Positions 58,871 through 64,000 of a DNA stretch of 64,000 nt are shown one piece after another. Under the pieces are notes generated by a model. It searched no databases, had not been told where the DNA came from, and saw nothing but the letters and a program-made list of their open reading frames with translations. How positions within the stretch are numbered: position 1 is the stretch's first letter; each line of letters begins with the position of its first letter. Source of the DNA: Blasia pusilla (Eukaryota); NCBI GenBank assembly GCA_050084515.1, contig CM114271.1:3162001-3226000 (forward strand), written 5' to 3'. A program made the translations under genes and the position numbers.

Positions 58871-61800
58871 CTACTTTTGTTCCTTGGAAGCGCCTAGTAG
58901 ACTAGAAATGGCGTTGACGGTCCATCGTAAGTCGTTCTGCAAGATAGCCACTGGAAATGACCTTTCTGCAGGCTCAGCGCTCGCATCAAGTGGCCCACTG
59001 CTGACATCGACCTGCAGTCCAGGAGCGGGAAGCATGTAAGTGAAAAATGACTTGAGACTGGTTTTTCAAATCATTGCCCGGTTCTTCAGAATCACTTTAT
59101 TTTCTAGAGTGATTCTGCGTCGCTCTTCGTCGACGTAAGAGTCAGGTTCACACAATATGCGCGCAGTTGACAAATCCGGAACAGGTTTTTCTTGCAAGAG
59201 AGACGATGAAGAAAGACTCCAACCACACAAACCTGCAAAATGATTTTCTTTCACGTTCAAATCACCTCTATAACTCTGCGGCGGTCGTATCTTCAACTTC
59301 TCCGCTCACCTCCGCATCAGTTGAGATCACAGCTGCTGCCTCTACAAAGGGAATTTCAGCACTTCGTTCATCAGCTCCCACTTGTCTGTCCTCATTACCG
59401 TCTGAGGCCGTAGGGCCTTGTTCGGCAGTGTTTTCTCCACGTCCGCGGCTGCTTCTGATATGAACTCGACCGCCGCGGAAACTGCTCCCTCCGACTCCTT
59501 TCCGACGGATGTCCCAAGACCATTAGTAGTTCGTCCTTCGTTCACCTGTGGCTCTTCTCCAAAAGCTTGTAATTCTCCTTCCGCGAAGTCTGATGGACCC
59601 CAATCTCCTGCTACAAGCAAATGACTCTCATCCTTCACAACCAGAACTTGGTTATCTCCTTGTTGCCATTCCAATTCCCCTGCCTTTCCGGTCAGGAGAA
59701 ACTTATACTCGACGGTCCGACCGATTGGGACAGCCTGCAAATAATCCGAAAAGCAGAGGGAAAAAGACCACTGCGACTTGAGAAACTCGGGAGTAGAGAG
59801 ATGGAGTTTCGTAGGATGTAAATCACAACTTCTAATGGGCAGAATAATGATTTAGAACTTCAGCGCATACAGCTGGCTTTGAAGGCTAAAACAAGGCTAT
59901 GATTCTCATTTTGCAGAATCAGCAACAGGGATCCACAAGAGAATTTCGCAAATCACCGGTTGGTCCCGTGGTGTTTGTAACCTACTGAAAATTAACGTGA
60001 GAATTGCGTATGCAGTCATGGGAATGATTTAATTTCTTCAAGTACCTCCGCGAGTTTAACTGATGGAGGAGAGCAATGCACGGATTTCGTGTTTAGGCAT
60101 TTTTCAGAAATGAAGGGAACTTGAACGCGAAAACCAGGCACTTACAACTTCTCCTTCCCACAGGTGTCCTTTTGACCACTCTAGAGGAACAGCAGCAGCA
60201 GGATCCCAGTTCCCCAGTTCGTCTATGGCACCCACAACGTTGAACTGCTGACCGAAGTAGCACTGTTGCTGCAGAGTAAAGTTCACCTTCGCCTTGGGAG
60301 TCAAGTCTGTCATTCAGAAAGAAGTCAGTGCAATCCATATGACGTACCGGCCGCAGCCCCGCACGCACATCCTCTTGAAATTCAGATTCCGTGGCAAGTG
60401 AACCATAAAGTATATGAATAGGTAAAGAATGCAGGGAATGATGGTGAAGACGAGGTTTCCATGGGCGGCAACGAGATACAAATCACAACTCGTTCGATCT
60501 TACGTAGTCAAGCACGAAACTGATGACAAACAAGTACCTTCTTCAACGACATTCTCCTCCTCAAGCACTGGTTCCGTATCGACTTCTAACTCCTTACCCA
60601 ACGTCAAAACCTCTCCAACCTGCTCTCCCTGTAAGAAAAATGGAAGAATGTCTTAAATGTGTCCTGATTGTTTAATAACGATATCACGTCTACCTGATGG
60701 AGCATTAGGGGCCCAGTCGCGGACACCTCAAGGGAACCCGATTTAAAGGGACCGGAGACTTGTGTCTGTACTGCCTCACCAAACAAGGATGAACTATTGC
60801 CGACATAACTCCTTTTTAAAATAAAAATAAAGAAATACACATGGAGTTGACAAAATCCAGAATCATGTCAGAATTCGGAATTTCCGATCCCTTCAGGATC
60901 TCTAGGCCAAACTATGTGTAAAAGCTTTGGTACGGATACGACTAATGCTCTAGAAATAGACACAAAATAAGTATACGAGCCCGTAAGGTTTTCATCCTCA
61001 GGTCAGAAGCGGCAGACGTGATAGATCTCTCAACTGATCGGCAAACGCTACTCTAAATACGTATGTCTGCTCGCGAAGATTACTGGTTTGACGAGGGGAT
61101 ATGAACACCAAATCTTTGGCACTTCCAGAACACTTTATTTAGTACAGCAGCCAAGATCAGTGCACAAGGAATCGACCAAGAGTAGGAAAGGAGGCAGAAA
61201 GGCTTATCCCAAATCCGGAAGCTGCGAACAAGACGACACGACAGGTCTCTCAAGAGTTAATGGTGAAAATATACGTCCTCACAAAGATTGTGGTATTACG
61301 ATCGGGAAGAAACACGCACGTGTTCGTCCTTCCAAAGTGTGTCTTCCGGTGACTACTGGGAAAATTTCGGCAGAACATTTGGAAAAGCAGAGGATCTGCA
61401 AGGATAGTTACAGGAATGCTACAAAGTAAGCGACTTCTTGACCAGCGAATGCCACAGTTCAAATCCCCACGGTTTTTCTCTCATCGAGAAGGCACAATGA
61501 TGAGTGACAGCAGCACTGCCTTCTTCCCTATAATTCACATCAAATTACACTGCACAAACCAGAAGCCTATGTCCCAGTTCAGTCAAAGAGATGGAACCTT
61601 GGACAGAACTCGAATGCAGTGGCCGTGATGTTAACGGAGTCAGCTAGCTACTCCTTGTTTGATAACAACGACGCTTAAATCCTTGCCAAGATCTGAGAGG
61701 GTTTCTTCGTTCAAACGCAAGACTGTTACCAGAAATTGAACTCTTCGGTAAATCTAAGCACAAGATGAACGTGCTCTAAATCCTCCCACGCACAAGGACA

Positions 61801-62434
61801 GTATATGCTAAGCTGCAAAGAAAAAATGTGGTGAGAGGCGGATTGCGGAATGAAAGATAACTAAAAATTTCTCTTCGAGAGGAAATTTGATCAGGAGGTT
61901 CACTGGCGATCTCTACAAGAAAAGACTCCACAGAATTAATTTCAGAGAGCTTCTTCTCTTCAAGGTAGTCTTCCTGTTCGTGAAGGCAGAGCTCCTCGGG
62001 AACAGAGCGCATGTAGATAAGGTACGCTGGATTCATCGGATAACTCGAAAATTCTTTCTCGTCATCCGGAATCCACGACATGACTATTTGGAAATTCTGA
62101 TGCGGAAAGGACTTCGATCTCATGTACAAGAACGCCAACAATGGCACAAAACGCGGCTCTGTATACCACAGTACCTCAGGCGTAGCGCGAGTTCTGAACT
62201 TGGGGGCAGCCTTCCAGCAGGCAAGTCCAGTAAAGCGCCATGCATGCCACCACTGCTTCTTAAAAAACTCGCATGAGAAGAGCGTTTCGAGAATTTCGCT
62301 CCCGACAATGCTACAGCCACTGTCGCATTCCTCACGGTAGTCTTCCTCGTGAGATCACTGGCACGCGCGCCATCACCGGCAGCAACCAGAGCTTGCGGGC
62401 ACCGGGCTCCCGCCAGAGCAGCGAGAGGTTGCAT
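58871..62434 (-). CDS. CBM20 starch-binding-domain protein with transit-peptide-like N-terminus; probable frameshift near 59435
   Basis: CBM20: VNFTLQQQCYFGQQFNVVGAIDELGNWDP..PLEWSKGHLW|AVPIGRTVEYKFLL..EWQQGDN. Inferred exons 62434-62175, ~60811-60694, ~60628-60538, ~60306-60146, 59734-59310, 59011-58871. Confidence 0.8.
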
Positions 62435-64000
62435 CTTCGCTCCCAACCTCGACTCCCTCCTTCTCTACCGCACCACAATCTTCTTCCCAAGTCACTCCCA
62501 CGCTCCTCCCTTCTCCTCCCCTGCACTCGAAAACTAGCTTCCCAACATCCAACTCCACATTTCACCACCCCGCCCCTTCTTCTGCCTTCCACAATCGGTG
62601 CATGCAATCTACAATGCCTCGGGAGAGCACACTGTCTGTCACCAGCGTCGCATGCCCAGCGAACACCGCCGCCGTCGCGTCGTCCTAAAACTCAAAAGCG
62701 ATCTCGTGCCACTGCGGCATCACAAACCCATCCCCCCGCGCCCCCAACCTCCTCCAGCGCGAGGACGCGAGTTCGCAAAAGCGGGCATCCAAAATATCTG
62801 CGGCCAGCGATCTTCGACGCATGGGTTCCTGCGACTTCTTTCTTTTCATGTTTCGTCTTTCCCTTCCCGTCCCGTTCGTGGGTTGAACTCCGGGCACTCT
62901 GGCTCTGTAAGAAAATAAAAGAGTGGTTTTTCGACACTTTCATCGGATTACACGAATCATGGGTAAAATATTAGGGGAGAAGGCTTTTTCGATATTTGGG
63001 TAGAAGATTTTTCTTTTCATTTAGAGCATAGAACATCCTTATGGGAGTAACGAAGACTTTTTATTTTTTTTCCATTTGTGTGAAGTTTGATTATTCTCGT
63101 GGCTATACATTAGTCCTGATTAATATGCTAGGTGATATGTCTAGGGTATTAAAAAAAAATTGAAGTCTTAAATTGAGGGATTTGTAGATGTGAGAGGAAG
63201 TGGCCATTAAAACCCCCAAAATCATAAGACTAAAGCTCAACCAGTGTATTTATCACTTGGGACCCCTTCATACCCTAAGAGCCCGTCCCTCTCCGACGGT
63301 CCTACCAATTTCCAGGTATGATCACAAATGGTTTCGACGTTTGATTATAAAAGAATTAAAAAGACAACCGGCTACCGTCCTTTGATTTTCCGAGGATCGT
63401 CCCTAGTATTTCTGCGCCGTAAATTTCACGTCATGGAAGGACAAGCGACCCGCCCATGGTCCGTGGATTGATAGTCGTCGATTTAGCATTCGGAGGATCC
63501 TGCGACCATGGAATCTCACGATTATTCATATATTTAATCAAAAATTTATCTTCATTATTTGTTGCAATTTTATAATTTCAACATGAATATATTTAAGGAT
63601 TTCATTATATTTTCCATTTGTAAAATATACTGATTTTTATCCATCCGACCCAAGATATTACTAGTTCCATTAAAACGCAATAAAACAATGACTAACTATG
63701 GACAATTTATATTTCCCTTTTAAACCCCACATGAATGCTTACTCGTGTTTGGGAAAAAAATATCTTAAAATAAAAAAGAGTTCTCCTGTAATAATGACCC
63801 TCTCCTTATAACACGGGGATTACAAACTAATCACCTGCACTCTCGGTAATTCTTGCTGCGTACCTTTCACCTGCCATCAACATGGGCCGTGCTGCACGCC
63901 GTGAATTCTCAGCGGTCCTCCACGGCGTTAACGGGGACCTCCACACGTCGCAGGACACGGACGGACGGACGGGGCGGGAGGGGAGGGAGTCGACTCTCTT

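Noticed and set aside
62273-62974. 233-aa plus-strand ORF
   Set aside because: Antisense to CBM20 exon 1 and its 5'UTR; no domain.

Overview
Eukaryotic land-plant genomic DNA, probably a non-seed plant such as a bryophyte (low-confidence inference): GC-richer spliced genes sit between AT-rich, transposon-laden spacers. Five host genes are supported: PMS2/PMS1-type MutL (+, 6415-12967), ENY2/SUS1 (-, 15222-16807), a kinesin-12 of the PAKRP1/KIN12A type (+, 42229-50542), an intronless exostosin/GT47 glycosyltransferase (+, 54866-56257) and a CBM20 starch-binding protein (-, 58871-62434). The standout feature is a decayed 9.5-kb Ty3/Gypsy-type retrotransposon (-, 18081-27564, 4-bp TSD ATGG). It carries a DNMT3-like C5 cytosine methyltransferase between protease and RT, a PHD finger after its DDE integrase, and split direct repeats (X-internal-Y-X-Y) instead of two ordinary LTRs. 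Three more family members lie in the window (29368-29650, ~32030-37072, ~52845-53520) and are consistent with the same end structure. Also present are a Ty1/copia remnant, a solo LTR, mini-Helitrons, a MITE and several perfect hairpins. All alignments were made by eye; no searches were run.
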